Shown: positions 27,059-39,886, counted from the stretch's first letter. The stretch is DNA of 64,000 nt from an uncultured Eubacteriales bacterium (GCA_948806215.1 CAQIDI010000002.1:93602-157601), one strand, 5' to 3'. Made by a program: numbers and translations. Notes: generated by a model not told the origin, from the sequence alone.

Positions 27059-29674
27059 TTATTCTAAATCTTCAGAATTTTCGTTATTATTTTCGTTTTC
27101 GCTAACTTCAACTTCGTTATCTAAACTTAACTCTTGGTTATTTGAAACTGTGTTAGTTGGAGTTTCTGGTAAACTTTCGGCTAAAGCTTCTTCCTCTTCA
27201 ACACTTGGAGTTACAGCAACACAAACAATTTTTGCATCCTTATTAACTCTCATTACTCTAACGCCTTTTGTGTTACGACCAATAACGCTAATTTCGCTTG
27301 CTTTAATTCTAATAATGGTGCCATCGTCGGCAATCATCATAACATCATCGGCATCGGTAACTTGTTTTAGGTTAACCAAATTTCCGGTTTGTTCGTTAAA
27401 CACTCCGGCTTTAATACCTTTACCCGATCTGCCTTGAACACGATAATCTTCTTGGCTACTACGCTTTCCGTAACCAAGTTCCGAAATTGTTAACATATAA
27501 CTATCCGGAACAATTACCGACATATCAACAATGCGTTCGCCTTCGTCTAGGCTCATAGACTTAACACCTTGAGTATCACGACCCATTGCTCTAACGCCAC
27601 GTTCGTTAAATCTAATACATTTTCCAGAAGAACTTGCAATAATAATTTCGTTGTTACCGTTAGTGATATAAACCGAAATTAATTCGTCACCATCGTTTAA
27701 CTTAATTGCAACTTTGCCAACTTTTCTTATGCTTGCAAATTCAGTTAAATTTGTTTTCTTAATTAAACCGTTTTTGGTTGCCATCATAAGGTAACCAATA
27801 GTATCTGGTTTAACAGGAATTATTGCGGTTATGCGTTCGTCGCCATCAATTTGTAAAACATTAACTATTGCTCTGCCTTTAGCTGTTCTTTGTGCTTCAG
27901 GAACTTCGAAAGCTTTAATTCTGTAAACTCTACCATAAGAGCTAAAACACAACAAATCGTCGTGAGAAGAAGTTACAAAAATGTTTTCCACAAAATCTTC
28001 TTCTTTAGTTGTGTGAGCAATTATTCCTTTTCCACCACGGTGTTGGCTCTTATACTCGCTAACTGGCATACGCTTTACATATCCACCATGAGTTAAGGAA
28101 ATAACAACATCTTCTTCAGGAATTAAATCTGCAATATCAATATCGCCATAATCTAAACTAATTTCACTTTTTCTAGGCACTCCAAACCTACCTTTTATTG
28201 CTAATAAGTCGGTTTTTATTATATTAAGCACCTTGTTATTGTCAGAAAGTATACTTTGTAGTTCAGAAATTAAGTTTCTAATATCAGCTAAATCTTGTTT
28301 TAGTTTTTCAACTTCAAGCCCTGTTAAGCGTTGTAAACGCATTTCTAAAATGGCTTGAGTTTGTTTTTCGCTTAGTTCAAAATTTTGCATTAACTTTGTT
28401 TGAGCATCATCTTTATCAGCACTTTCTTTAATGATTTTAATAACTTCATCAATGTGTGCTTGTGCTATTACTAAACCATTTAAAATATGTTCTTTTGCTT
28501 GCGCTTTATCAAGATCAAATCTTGTTCTGCGAACAATAACTTCTTCTTGGAAAGCAAGATAGTTTTGTAAAACTTCTTTTAAATTTAAAATTTTTGGAAC
28601 AGAGTTAACAAGTGCTAACATTATAACACCAAAACTTATTTGAAGTTGGGTGTGTTTATATAAAGAATTTAAAACTACTTGTGGGTTATAATCTCGCTTA
28701 ACATCAATAACAATTCTTAAACCTTCACGGTCGGATTCTTCTTTAATATCTGAAATTCCTTCAATGCGTTTATTTTTAACTAAGTCGGCAATTTGAATAA
28801 TTAATTTTGCCTTATTAACCTGATAAGGAATTTCGGTTATTACAATTCGGTTTCTAGTGCCATTGTTAAATTCTTCAATTTCGGCACGGCTTCTAATAAT
28901 AAAGCTACCCCTACCAGTTCTATACGCTTGCTTAATTCCGTTACGACCAAGAATTAAACCTCTGGTTGGAAAATCTGGTGCAGGAATAATTTTTATTAAT
29001 TCGTCAATATCAATTTCTGGGTTTTCAATTAACGCTATAACACCATCAATAACTTCGCCTAGGTTGTGTGGAGGAATGTTTGTTGCCATACCAACAGCAA
29101 TACCATCAGATCCATTAACTAAAAGATTTGGGAAACGAGCTGGTAACACATTTGGTTCAACTTCGCTTTCGTCAAAGTTAGGAACGAAGTTAACAGTGTT
29201 CTTATCAATATCCGATAACATTTCGGCTGCGATTTTGCTAAGTCTGGCTTCGGTATAACGCTGAGCTGCTGGAGGATCGCCATCCACAGAACCAAAGTTT
29301 CCGTGCCCATCAACTAATGGAGCATTAATTGTGAAATCTTGAGCAAGTCGAACTAACGCTTCGTAAACCGCACTATCGCCGTGTGGGTGATATTTACCTA
29401 AAACATCACCGACAATACGAGCACATTTCTTAAAAGGTTTATCGTTATATAATCCTAAATCGCCCATAGCATATAAAATACGACGATGAACAGGCTTTAA
29501 ACCATCTCTAACATCAGGAATAGCACGACTAACATTTACTGCCATTGCATAGGCAATAAATGATTTTTCAAGTTCTTCTTTTATTTTTATATCCAAAAGT
29601 TTTCCGCCATCGTTTCCACCATTGTCGGTAACACTGGCATCACTTTGGATTAATTCTTCTTTTTTATCGTCCAT
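27059..29674 (-). CDS. gyrA: DNA gyrase subunit A
   Basis: [23 protein letters not shown], the YHPHGD QRDR region, C-terminal beta-pinwheel repeats and an acidic tail. Confidence 0.97.
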   Translation of the reverse strand: MDDKKEELIQSDASVTDNGGNDGGKLLDIKIKEELEKSFIAYAMAVNVSRAIPDVRDGLKPVHRRILYAMGDLGLYNDKPFKKCARIVGDVLGKYHPHGDSAVYEALVRLAQDFTINAPLVDGHGNFGSVDGDPPAAQRYTEARLSKIAAEMLSDIDKNTVNFVPNFDESEVEPNVLPARFPNLLVNGSDGIAVGMATNIPPHNLGEVIDGVIALIENPEIDIDELIKIIPAPDFPTRGLILGRNGIKQAYRTGRGSFIIRSRAEIEEFNNGTRNRIVITEIPYQVNKAKLIIQIADLVKNKRIEGISDIKEESDREGLRIVIDVKRDYNPQVVLNSLYKHTQLQISFGVIMLALVNSVPKILNLKEVLQNYLAFQEEVIVRRTRFDLDKAQAKEHILNGLVIAQAHIDEVIKIIKESADKDDAQTKLMQNFELSEKQTQAILEMRLQRLTGLEVEKLKQDLADIRNLISELQSILSDNNKVLNIIKTDLLAIKGRFGVPRKSEISLDYGDIDIADLIPEEDVVISLTHGGYVKRMPVSEYKSQHRGGKGIIAHTTKEEDFVENIFVTSSHDDLLCFSSYGRVYRIKAFEVPEAQRTAKGRAIVNVLQIDGDERITAIIPVKPDTIGYLMMATKNGLIKKTNLTEFASIRKVGKVAIKLNDGDELISVYITNGNNEIIIASSSGKCIRFNERGVRAMGRDTQGVKSMSLDEGERIVDMSVIVPDSYMLTISELGYGKRSSQEDYRVQGRSGKGIKAGVFNEQTGNLVNLKQVTDADDVMMIADDGTIIRIKASEISVIGRNTKGVRVMRVNKDAKIVCVAVTPSVEEEEALAESLPETPTNTVSNNQELSLDNEVEVSENENNNENSEDLE

Positions 29675-29699
29675 TTTAAAATTTCCTTATTTTTAGTTT

Positions 29700-31661
<1,962 letters not shown>

Positions 31662-31785
31662 TTACTTAAAAAGAATATTCCTTTTAAGTAATCTTAAACT
31701 ATATATATATTATCATATTTATTTACTATATGTAAAGTAAATATAATAAATAATATATATTATATACTATATAACATTTTAAACA

Positions 31786-31856
31786 GCCCAAATTGACACA
31801 ATTTAATAAAAATAATGTATTTTATCGTTTAAATTGGTTTTGTGTCAAATTGGGGC
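31786..31856. promoter_or_regulatory. Inverted repeat bracketing the putative gyrB core promoter
   Basis: GCCCAAATTGACACA (31786-31800) against TGTGTCAAATTGGGGC (31841-31856). 13 of 14 core positions are complementary, with a 40-bp spacer. Confidence 0.45.
31819..31848 (-). promoter_or_regulatory. Putative gyrBA promoter
   Basis: On the minus strand, TTGACA (31848-31843), 18-nt spacer, TAAAAT (31824-31819). This implies a leader of about 180 nt. Confidence 0.45.
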
Positions 31857-31877
31857 GATTTTGCCGTTTATAAATAA

Positions 31878-31906
31878 TTGACAATGTTAAGATAAATTAA
31901 TAAAAT
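31878..31906 (+). promoter_or_regulatory. Putative promoter of the 31930 gene
   Basis: TTGACA, 17-nt spacer, TAAAAT. Confidence 0.55.
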
Positions 31907-31929
31907 ACAAATAATTAGAGGTAATACAA

Positions 31930-32430
31930 ATGAATAATCCAACCAAACAACGAGATTTAACTATTAACTTATTTCACGAAGATGTTTTTAACGAATATGG
32001 TGTTGACGAACACACAATACTACAAGAAGATTTAACTTCTACAATCGAGTCGTTATCGAACACAATAAAAGTTAACACTAAATTAAATTTAAACTTTTGC
32101 GTTAATCAGGGTATTAATGTTGATGAAACAAAATTTATTGAAGCTTATAAAAACACCTTTGCGGCAAACATAAAAATGAAAAGATTGGAGTTAAGCAGAT
32201 GTTTAACAACTGGTTTTTCGTTACTAGTTGTTGGTATACTATTAATTTTACTTAATGTTTTTGTTTTTGAAGAACTAGAAAAATTTACTTACGAAATGTT
32301 TAGTGTTATTTCTTGGGTGTTTATGTGGGCAGCTGTTGAAACATTAACGCTAGAGTTAATTCAAATATTAATCGAAATAAAAAAATCAAAAAAACTGTTA
32401 AAATCAAACTTAACTTTCACAAAAAAATAA
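31930..32430 (+). CDS. Small membrane protein of unknown function
   Basis: 166 aa: soluble N-terminal half followed by two TM segments. AGAGG SD upstream. Confidence 0.5.
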   Translation: MNNPTKQRDLTINLFHEDVFNEYGVDEHTILQEDLTSTIESLSNTIKVNTKLNLNFCVNQGINVDETKFIEAYKNTFAANIKMKRLELSRCLTTGFSLLVVGILLILLNVFVFEELEKFTYEMFSVISWVFMWAAVETLTLELIQILIEIKKSKKLLKSNLTFTKK

Positions 32431-32457
32431 AGTGTTCGTAATTGAACACTTTTTTAT

Positions 32458-34245
32458 TTATTCTACGGTTACCGATTTTGCAAGCGACCTTGGTTTATCA
32501 GGGTTAAGCTTTTTTAGCACGCTTACGTGAAAAGCAATTAATTGCATTATAACAATTACAACAATCGGCATATAAAATTCATCAATATTATTTAACTTTA
32601 TTAACTTATAAACATTATCGCTTTTTAAGTTATACTGGGTAAGTAAAATAACTTTTCCGCCGCGAGAAATAACTTCGTTAACATTGCTAAGCGATTTTTC
32701 TAACAAATCCTTTTCTGTTAAAAATGCAAAAACAAAAGTATTGTTATCTATAAGCGAAATGGTTCCGTGTTTTAATTCCCCAGAAGCATAGGCTTCGCTA
32801 TGAATATAACTTATTTCTTTTAATTTTAAACTGGATTCTAGCGCTGTAACATAATCGAAATTTCTTCCTATCATATAAAGGCTTTGAGATAAATAAATAT
32901 CGTTTGCAACATTATTTGCAAGTATGTTAAATTTTGTTAAATTAATTTGTTTAGAAATATTTTTTAAATTATTAGCCGTGCTTTCTACCAAACCAATTTT
33001 ATCCATAATAACTTCTTTAAAATAGCTTGCAAGCAAATAAAACATACTTAACTGGCTAACATAGGCTTTTGTGCTTGCAACCGCCACCTCCGCCCCAGCT
33101 AATGTATAAAAGCAATAATCCGCAATAAAACTTATGCTTGAATTTTTTACATTAGTTATTGCAATGGTTTTTAATCCATATTGCTTTGCAATTTTTAAAG
33201 CTTTAAGTGTGTCGGCAGTTTCGCCACTTTGGCTAACAAATATCATTAATGTGTTTTTAGGTGGGACAAATTTTGAATAAATAAACTCGGAAGCAAGTTC
33301 ATTTTTTATATTTATATTTAAGTTTTGTTCAAATATTTTTCTTCCCATAAGCCCAGCGTGATAGGCTGTTCCGCAACCAACAATAATAATGTTTTTAGTT
33401 TTTTTAACAATGGTTTTTGGTAGAACCTTTTCAAATTGTTCAAAGGTTTGATACAAATTAACTGTGTTATTAACACTGTTTGGAATTTCATAAATTTCTT
33501 TTTGCATAAAATAATCGAATTTTCCTTTGTTGTTAATATCGCTTTTTTCTACCTTTATTTTTTTTAATTTAACTTGTTCTAATTTTTCATTATATATTTT
33601 AATACCATCAACAGTTAAAACTGCAAAGTTATTATTTTCTAAAACATAAGAATAATCAACTTTTCCAATGCCATTAATATCGCTACAAACTTTTGTTCCA
33701 TCCGCGCTAATTCCAACAACGCAAGGCGAAACCATTTTTGAAACAAACAGTTTATCAGGCTCTTTAGAACTAATTATTGCTAACGCATAACTACCTTTTA
33801 ATAGCTTACTAACCTTAACCAAAGTTTCAAGCATATTTTCACAATAGTATTTTTCGATTAACTTTAAAATAACTTCACTATCGGTTTCGCTTAAAAATTT
33901 GCAATTTAATTGTTTTTTTAACTCGGCATAGTTCTCAATAATTCCATTATGTACCAAACAAAAATCTTTATTTGTGCTAACAAAAGGATGAGCATTTGTT
34001 TTGTTAGGTTTTCCGTGAGTTGCCCAACGGGTGTGAGCAACACAATTAAACGAAACTGGATTAACTCTACCAACTTCAGTTTTTAAATTTTTTATTTCGC
34101 CAACTTGTTTAATAACTTTTACTTTGTTTTTTTCTATATAACCAATTCCTGCCGAATCATAACCCCTATATTCTAAACCTTCAATTCCACCTAAAACATT
34201 AGGCACAACATTGCTTTTACCTATCATTCCAAAAATTCCACACAT
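32458..34245 (-). CDS. glmS: Glutamine--fructose-6-phosphate aminotransferase
   Basis: MCGIFG N-terminal nucleophile, two SIS domains, and C-terminal LAKSVTVE. Confidence 0.95.
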   Translation of the reverse strand: MCGIFGMIGKSNVVPNVLGGIEGLEYRGYDSAGIGYIEKNKVKVIKQVGEIKNLKTEVGRVNPVSFNCVAHTRWATHGKPNKTNAHPFVSTNKDFCLVHNGIIENYAELKKQLNCKFLSETDSEVILKLIEKYYCENMLETLVKVSKLLKGSYALAIISSKEPDKLFVSKMVSPCVVGISADGTKVCSDINGIGKVDYSYVLENNNFAVLTVDGIKIYNEKLEQVKLKKIKVEKSDINNKGKFDYFMQKEIYEIPNSVNNTVNLYQTFEQFEKVLPKTIVKKTKNIIIVGCGTAYHAGLMGRKIFEQNLNINIKNELASEFIYSKFVPPKNTLMIFVSQSGETADTLKALKIAKQYGLKTIAITNVKNSSISFIADYCFYTLAGAEVAVASTKAYVSQLSMFYLLASYFKEVIMDKIGLVESTANNLKNISKQINLTKFNILANNVANDIYLSQSLYMIGRNFDYVTALESSLKLKEISYIHSEAYASGELKHGTISLIDNNTFVFAFLTEKDLLEKSLSNVNEVISRGGKVILLTQYNLKSDNVYKLIKLNNIDEFYMPIVVIVIMQLIAFHVSVLKKLNPDKPRSLAKSVTVE

Positions 34246-34296
34246 TTAATACTCCTTAAAATTTAGATAGTATTTTATATGAATTAATCTGATAAA

Positions 34297-34329
34297 TTGA
34301 TTTTAAAAATCAACAAATTTTGATATAAT
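34297..34329 (+). promoter_or_regulatory. 17-bp palindrome plus an extended -10 promoter abutting the recF start
   Basis: TTGATTTT-A-AAAATCAA (34297-34313), then TGATATAAT (34321-34329). The ATG at 34336 lies 7 nt after the -10, and there is no SD. Confidence 0.5.
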
Positions 34330-34335
34330 ATTTAT

Positions 34336-35415
34336 ATGGAAATTAAAAGTGTTGAGCTAAAGAATTTTAGAAATTATTCACAACAAAAAGTTAATTTTAG
34401 TTCTGGCTTAAATGTGCTAGAAGGTAAAAATGCCCAAGGAAAAACCAATTTAGTTGAGGCAATTTTTTTATGCGCTATTGGAAAAAGCCCACGAGTTAAT
34501 CGTGATAAAGATTTAATTTTATGGAACGAAAATCTTTCTAAGGTAACAATTAACTACGAAAAAAACAGCGGCAACAAAAAAATTGAACTATACCTATTTT
34601 CAAATCAGAACAAAGCAATAAAAATAAATGGTGTTCCCATTAAAAAAATGGGCGAACTAATGGGCGAATTTAATGCAATATATTTTTCTCCGGACGAATT
34701 AAAATTGGTTAAAGAAAGCCCCGACGAACGCCGAAGATTTATGGATATTGACTTAAGCCAATTTAATAAAAATTATTTTTATGCTTTAAATAAATATAAT
34801 AAAATTTTAATGCAACGAAACAAATTGTTAAAATCTAGTAACACCAGTTCCATTCAAGAAACACTATCTATTTGGAACGAACAACTAAGCGAACAAGGTT
34901 CTTACATTATTTGTGAACGATTAAAACTAATAGAAAAATTAAAAGTTTTTGCTAAAGATGCTCACGCCTATTTAACAGATGATGCCGAAAATATGGAAAT
35001 TAGTTATGTTGGCAGAGTTGGAGAAAATAAAGAACAAATAAAACAACTTTTAAAAGCCGATTATGAAAATTCGTTTGAAAAGGATTTAAATCTTGGTTAC
35101 ACAACCGTTGGCCCGCACCGAGATGATATTAAAATTGTTGTTAACGGAATTGATATTAGACACTTTGGCAGCCAAGGTCAACAACGAAGTGCTGCCCTTA
35201 GCTTAAAACTAAGCGAATTAGAAGTTTTTAAGTTTAACATTGGAGAATACCCTATTTTGTTGTTAGACGATGTTTTAAGCGAACTAGACGAAAGCAGACG
35301 AAAAAAATTATTAGATAAAATCTCTAACTTTCAAACAATTCTAACCTGTACCGAGTTCAACGAAAACATAAGTGCAAAAGTGTTTAAAGTTGAAAACGGT
35401 AAAGTTAACTTATAA
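34336..35415 (+). CDS. recF: DNA replication/repair protein RecF
   Basis: LKNFRNY, Walker A GKNAQGKTN, signature GSQGQQRS and LLLDDV. Confidence 0.95.
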   Translation: MEIKSVELKNFRNYSQQKVNFSSGLNVLEGKNAQGKTNLVEAIFLCAIGKSPRVNRDKDLILWNENLSKVTINYEKNSGNKKIELYLFSNQNKAIKINGVPIKKMGELMGEFNAIYFSPDELKLVKESPDERRRFMDIDLSQFNKNYFYALNKYNKILMQRNKLLKSSNTSSIQETLSIWNEQLSEQGSYIICERLKLIEKLKVFAKDAHAYLTDDAENMEISYVGRVGENKEQIKQLLKADYENSFEKDLNLGYTTVGPHRDDIKIVVNGIDIRHFGSQGQQRSAALSLKLSELEVFKFNIGEYPILLLDDVLSELDESRRKKLLDKISNFQTILTCTEFNENISAKVFKVENGKVNL

Positions 35416-35484
35416 TTTACTTTACAATTAAAAGTGGTTAAACTAAAATATTAAATAGATATAAAACTATTAAAAGGAAAAATA

Positions 35485-36834
35485 ATGCTAAACATTGAAG
35501 ATATATGGTTAAAAACTTGCAATATTCTACAACGAGAAGTTACAGCTGTTTCCTATGATTTATGGATTAGATCACTAGCTCCAATAGATTATAGTAACGG
35601 AATAATGTATCTTTCAACTTCTAGCGAATCGGCAAAAGCACGAGTTTTAAAACTTCACTATGGTCAAATTAAAGAGGCCTTATCAGAAGTTGAACCACAA
35701 ATAACCGATTTTAAAGTTTTAGACCCACTAGAAAGAGATAATTACTTTAAACGATTAGAAGAACAAAGCCAAGAAAAATCACCTTACACAAATCCAATTT
35801 GTTCGTTTAATCAAAAATACACTTTTGATAACTTTGTTGTTGGTAATAGTAACAAATATGTTTATGCTGCTGCTCGTGGGGTGGCGGAACATCCTTTTGA
35901 TAAAATTAACCCTTTATTTATTTATGGTGGAGTTGGTTTGGGTAAAACTCACCTTCTACACGCTATTGGAAATTATTTAAAAGTTAATAACCCAGAATTA
36001 AAAGTTTTATATGTTACTTGTGAAAAGTTTACGCACGATTATATTGAAAGCTTAAAAAGTTCAAAGGCCCAAGCAAATGCCGAATATCGTGATAAATACA
36101 GAAATAATATTGATGTTTTAATGATTGACGATATTCAATTTATTTCAAATAAAGCCGGAACTCAAGAAGAGTTTTTCCACACCTTTAACGATTTATATCA
36201 AAAGGGTAAACAAATTATTATTGCTTCCGACCGTAACCCTAAAGAAATTGCTAACCTAGAAGAACGCTTGCGTAGCAGATTTAGTATGGGTATTATTCAA
36301 GATATTCAAGTACCCGATTACGAAACAAGACTTGCTATTTTGCAAAAAAAGGCTCAGCAAGAGCATTATAGCGTTGAAGAAGATGTTATTTCGTTAATAG
36401 CCGAAAAATGCGACACAAACATAAGAGAGCTTGAAGGAATGCTTGGCAAAGTTTGCTTTTATGCAAGTTTGCTTGGCAAACCAACTGCTAACCTAGACGA
36501 TTTTAACGAAGCATTAAAGGATGTTATTAACACTTCAAAACAAAACTTAACAGCCGATAGAATTATAGATTGTGTTTGCAAATATTTTAGCATTAACAAA
36601 GAAGATTTAATTGGTAAAAAGAAAAATAAAGAAATTGTTGAACCAAGACAAATTTGTATGTATTTAATCTGTGAAATGTTAGACCTTCCGTTAGTATCAA
36701 TAGGAGAACTATTTGGCGGCCGCGACCACACAACTGTTATTCACGCAAGAGAAAAAGTTAGCGATTTAATTAAAGAAAACAATCGCATTAAAGTTGAAGT
36801 TAACGATATAAAAAGTATGGCAAACCGAATGTAA
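35485..36834 (+). CDS. dnaA: Chromosomal replication initiator DnaA
   Basis: FDNFVVGNSN, GGVGLGKTHL, the domain IV sequence GGRDHTTVIHA, and an SD upstream. Confidence 0.97.
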   Translation: MLNIEDIWLKTCNILQREVTAVSYDLWIRSLAPIDYSNGIMYLSTSSESAKARVLKLHYGQIKEALSEVEPQITDFKVLDPLERDNYFKRLEEQSQEKSPYTNPICSFNQKYTFDNFVVGNSNKYVYAAARGVAEHPFDKINPLFIYGGVGLGKTHLLHAIGNYLKVNNPELKVLYVTCEKFTHDYIESLKSSKAQANAEYRDKYRNNIDVLMIDDIQFISNKAGTQEEFFHTFNDLYQKGKQIIIASDRNPKEIANLEERLRSRFSMGIIQDIQVPDYETRLAILQKKAQQEHYSVEEDVISLIAEKCDTNIRELEGMLGKVCFYASLLGKPTANLDDFNEALKDVINTSKQNLTADRIIDCVCKYFSINKEDLIGKKKNKEIVEPRQICMYLICEMLDLPLVSIGELFGGRDHTTVIHAREKVSDLIKENNRIKVEVNDIKSMANRM

Positions 36835-37036
36835 TTGTGGAAATGTTAATAACTTATAAAACTTTTTCACATAGTTATAAACATAAATTTTATATCTAAT
36901 AAAATAATAAAATGGCTAAGTTAAGCCAAAAATTATTAATTAAAAACATTAAAAACCCACTTATCCACATTTACACACACATTATTATAATAGATATAAT
37001 TAAAAAAATAAAAAATATATATTTGGAGGCAAAAAA
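36835..37036. other. Candidate oriC segment (DnaA boxes plus AT-rich unwinding region) in the dnaA-dnaN gap
   Basis: Perfect TTATCCACA at 36961-36969. Three 7/9 boxes at 36836-36844 (reverse), 36863-36871 and 36971-36979. A nearly pure A/T tract spans 36981-37020. Confidence 0.55.
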
Positions 37037-38137
37037 GTGAAATTAATTTGTGACGGATTAGATTTGTCTGACGCAGTAGCAAAAGTAATTAAAGCAACAA
37101 GTCAGAAAACAACAAACCCTATTTTAGAAGGTATTAAACTTGTAGCAGAAAACGATTGTTTAACATTAAGTGCAACCGATTTAGAGTTAAGCATTGAAAA
37201 AAAGATTAAGGCAGAAATTTTTATCGAAGGCGAAACTGTTGTTCCGGGTAAATTTTTTGGTGAATATATTAAAAAATTAACTAACGAACAAATAGAGTTA
37301 TCAACAACCGATAACAATATGTTAGCAATTAAATATACCGATAGTGCTGGAACAATTCAATGTTTAAATGCACAAGAATTTCCAACCATTAAAAGTTTAG
37401 TGGATGCAGAATATTTTGAAATTGCAAGCAAAGATTTAAAACAATTAATTTTAAAAACTGTTTTTAGTGTTGCTGTAGATGATAGTCGACCAATTTTAAA
37501 AGGTGTTTTATTTGAAATTACCGATGGAAAAATTAAAGCTATTGCCCTTGATGGTTACAGATTAGCTTTAGTTAATAAAGAATTAAAAAATAACACAGCA
37601 CAATTTAGTTGCATTGTTCCTGCTAGAAGTTTAAACGAAATTAGTAAACTTTTAGAAGATAGTGAAGACAGCCTAAAAGTTCAAGTTCAAAAAAATTATT
37701 TAATGGTTGAAGTTAACGAAACAAAAATAATAACAAGGCTTTTAGATGGCGACTTTATTAACTATAATCAAATTATTCCTGCAGCATTTACAACAAGTGT
37801 TACAATTAATAAAGCGCAGTTAGAAGATGCTTTAGACAGAGCTAGTTTATTAAGTAGAATTGATAAAAACAATTTGGTTAAATTTGATATTGGCGATAAG
37901 CTTATGAAATTAAGTTCAAAAAGCGATATTGGCGATATTAAAGAAAACATTACAATTGCTCTTAATGGTAACGATTTAACCATTGCATTTAATGCAAGAT
38001 ATTTTACCGAAGCAATGCGTGTTATAACCGATGAATTTATAAAATTAAATTTCACAACTCCAAGTGCACCTTGTATTATTAACTCGGCAAACACAAACGA
38101 ATTTATTTATTTAATTTTGCCAGTAAGAATAGTTTAA
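37037..38137 (+). CDS. dnaN: DNA polymerase III beta sliding clamp
   Basis: GTG start 7 nt after GGAGG. Three-domain length (366 aa), with typical PILEGIKL, LDGYRLA and C-terminal LILPVR. Confidence 0.93.
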   Translation: MKLICDGLDLSDAVAKVIKATSQKTTNPILEGIKLVAENDCLTLSATDLELSIEKKIKAEIFIEGETVVPGKFFGEYIKKLTNEQIELSTTDNNMLAIKYTDSAGTIQCLNAQEFPTIKSLVDAEYFEIASKDLKQLILKTVFSVAVDDSRPILKGVLFEITDGKIKAIALDGYRLALVNKELKNNTAQFSCIVPARSLNEISKLLEDSEDSLKVQVQKNYLMVEVNETKIITRLLDGDFINYNQIIPAAFTTSVTINKAQLEDALDRASLLSRIDKNNLVKFDIGDKLMKLSSKSDIGDIKENITIALNGNDLTIAFNARYFTEAMRVITDEFIKLNFTTPSAPCIINSANTNEFIYLILPVRIV

Positions 38138-38165
38138 AAAAACGCTTATTAAAGCGTTTTTTTTA
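38136..38165 (+). terminator. Rho-independent terminator after dnaN
   Basis: AAACGCTT-atta-AAGCGTTT followed by a T-run. Confidence 0.8.
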
Positions 38166-38244
38166 TTATACAATAAAAATTAATTAAATAGTTTTTAAAT
38201 TTGATATTGAATAAAACAATTATTTATTATATAATTATTATGTT

Positions 38245-39147
38245 ATGAGAAATGTTTTTTTTGAAAACAAACAAAAATATGTGGTAACCAAGTTTGATAA
38301 CGAAAATTTATCACACTTATCTTTTGTGTTAAATTTTTTAAAAAAATATTTTTATAATGCTTTTTATAATGTTAAAGATAGCATAATAAGAAATGGTCCA
38401 GAGTTAACTGCGGCTTTAGATAATGGATTTTTTATAGAAGACGAAAACAAGAAAAAAGTTGGGTGTGTTTTGTTTGGGCCAAAAAGTTGTAATGTTCCAT
38501 TAGTGGATTATAAACAAAACACCTTATTTATTCACTATTTAATGGTTTCAGAAAATTATAGAAATAAGGGTTTAGCATCAAAACTTATTAGAAGTGTAAT
38601 TGATTATGCAAAAGCTAATAATTACGATTATATTGAATTATTAAGCAATAAACATTTATTCGAAACAAGGGGTAATGTTTATGAGCATAATAACTTTAAT
38701 AAAATTTCTATGTATGATTCTATACAAAACCCGTTTAAAAAAAATATAGTTTTCAGATTTAATACAAACGAGTTTATAACAAATATTTCTAATTATATTT
38801 TTGCCGAAATGAAAAAGAAAGGACTTAGTAAAATTGATGAACAAGCCTTGGTTGAAAACTTAAATAATCTTTATGGCGATATAATAAAATCAAACACTGA
38901 TAATCTAGAGTTTAATAGCGGATTAAAAGAAAATTTAAAAAAATATAAATCAAATAAAAATGCTAAAAAAATTTCGGCAATGTTAAAAGTTAATCAAACT
39001 TTGGCAATAGTTCCTATTCTTAAAAAAACAAAATATAATTATCAAACTTATTCTAATTTAATTAAAGTTTTTGATAGCCTAGACGATTTATCAAAAAACA
39101 AAAAAATCGAAAATAGCCTAGCTAGTTTAAAAAATAAAAATATGTAA
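38245..39147 (+). CDS. GNAT-domain protein with an extended C-terminal region
   Basis: HYLMVSENYRNKGLASKLIRSVIDYAK acetyl-CoA motif, followed by about 140 aa that are Lys/Asn-rich. Confidence 0.55.
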   Translation: MRNVFFENKQKYVVTKFDNENLSHLSFVLNFLKKYFYNAFYNVKDSIIRNGPELTAALDNGFFIEDENKKKVGCVLFGPKSCNVPLVDYKQNTLFIHYLMVSENYRNKGLASKLIRSVIDYAKANNYDYIELLSNKHLFETRGNVYEHNNFNKISMYDSIQNPFKKNIVFRFNTNEFITNISNYIFAEMKKKGLSKIDEQALVENLNNLYGDIIKSNTDNLEFNSGLKENLKKYKSNKNAKKISAMLKVNQTLAIVPILKKTKYNYQTYSNLIKVFDSLDDLSKNKKIENSLASLKNKNM

Positions 39148-39238
39148 AAATAGAATTTTTTGATGCTTTTATTTTTTTGCTTGAAATATTTAATATTAAT
39201 ATAAATAATATATTAACAAAATAAAGTTAGATTAATTG

Positions 39239-39267
39239 TTGACATAGTTTTCTTATTTCCGTATAAT
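39239..39267 (+). promoter_or_regulatory. Consensus sigma-A-type promoter of rpmH
   Basis: TTGACA (39239-39244), 17-nt spacer, TATAAT (39262-39267). Confidence 0.7.
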
Positions 39268-39341
39268 TAAACAGCAATTATTTTAAAAATAAAAACAATA
39301 TTTGTTTTTTATTAAATTCTAAAAAGGAAGGAAAACTCACA

Positions 39342-39476
39342 ATGAAAAGAACTTATCAACCTAAAAAAAGACAACGTAGTAAAGTTCACGGTTTCAGACA
39401 AAGAATGAGAACTAAAGGCGGCAGAAATGTTTTAGCAAGAAGAAGAAATCGTGGCAGAAAAAAATTATCAGCATAA
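39342..39476 (+). CDS. rpmH: 50S ribosomal protein L34
   Basis: Not in the ORF track (44 aa): [52 protein letters not shown] upstream. Confidence 0.95.
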   Translation: MKRTYQPKKRQRSKVHGFRQRMRTKGGRNVLARRRNRGRKKLSA

Positions 39477-39491
39477 CAAAGAGTAACATTA

Positions 39492-39518
39492 AAGTGCCTT
39501 TAAATTTTAAGGGCACTT
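39492..39518 (+). terminator. Hairpin (terminator or attenuator) between rpmH and rnpA
   Basis: AAGTGCC...GGCACTT stem followed by the weak T-tract CTTTGTATT. Confidence 0.4.
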
Positions 39519-39547
39519 CTTTGTATTAATTATTAAAAGGTAAAACT

Positions 39548-39886
39548 ATGCTTAAACAAGATAACAGATTAACAAAGCGAAAAGAATTTGGTTATGTTTA
39601 TAAACACGGAAAATATGCTTATAACAACTATTTAACACTAATTTATGTTCCATCAAAATTAAAAGATGTTAGAATTGGTTTTTCGGTTAACAAAAAAACC
39701 GGAAAAGCTTATGTTAGAAACAAAATTAAAAGGCAGTTACGAGAAATAGTTAGATTAAATTTAGAAAAATTTGAACCTAATTATAACTATGTGTTTATAA
39801 CAAAACCAGAAATAACTTGGATAAGCTTTAAAGAAATTAGCGATTCTGTTATGGATGTTTTAAAAAAGGCAAACAAGTTAAAATGA
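39548..39886 (+). CDS. rnpA: Ribonuclease P protein component
   Basis: 112 aa and basic. Contains the RNR-like motif KKTGKAYVRNKIKRQLRE. Sits in the conserved position after rpmH. Confidence 0.9.
   Translation: MLKQDNRLTKRKEFGYVYKHGKYAYNNYLTLIYVPSKLKDVRIGFSVNKKTGKAYVRNKIKRQLREIVRLNLEKFEPNYNYVFITKPEITWISFKEISDSVMDVLKKANKLK

Noticed and set aside
31786-31856. Reading the TTGACACA / TGTGTCAA repeat arms as DnaA boxes marking oriC
   Set aside because: The best alignment to TTATCCACA gives only about 5/9 matches. They are kept as an unexplained inverted repeat, not as DnaA boxes.
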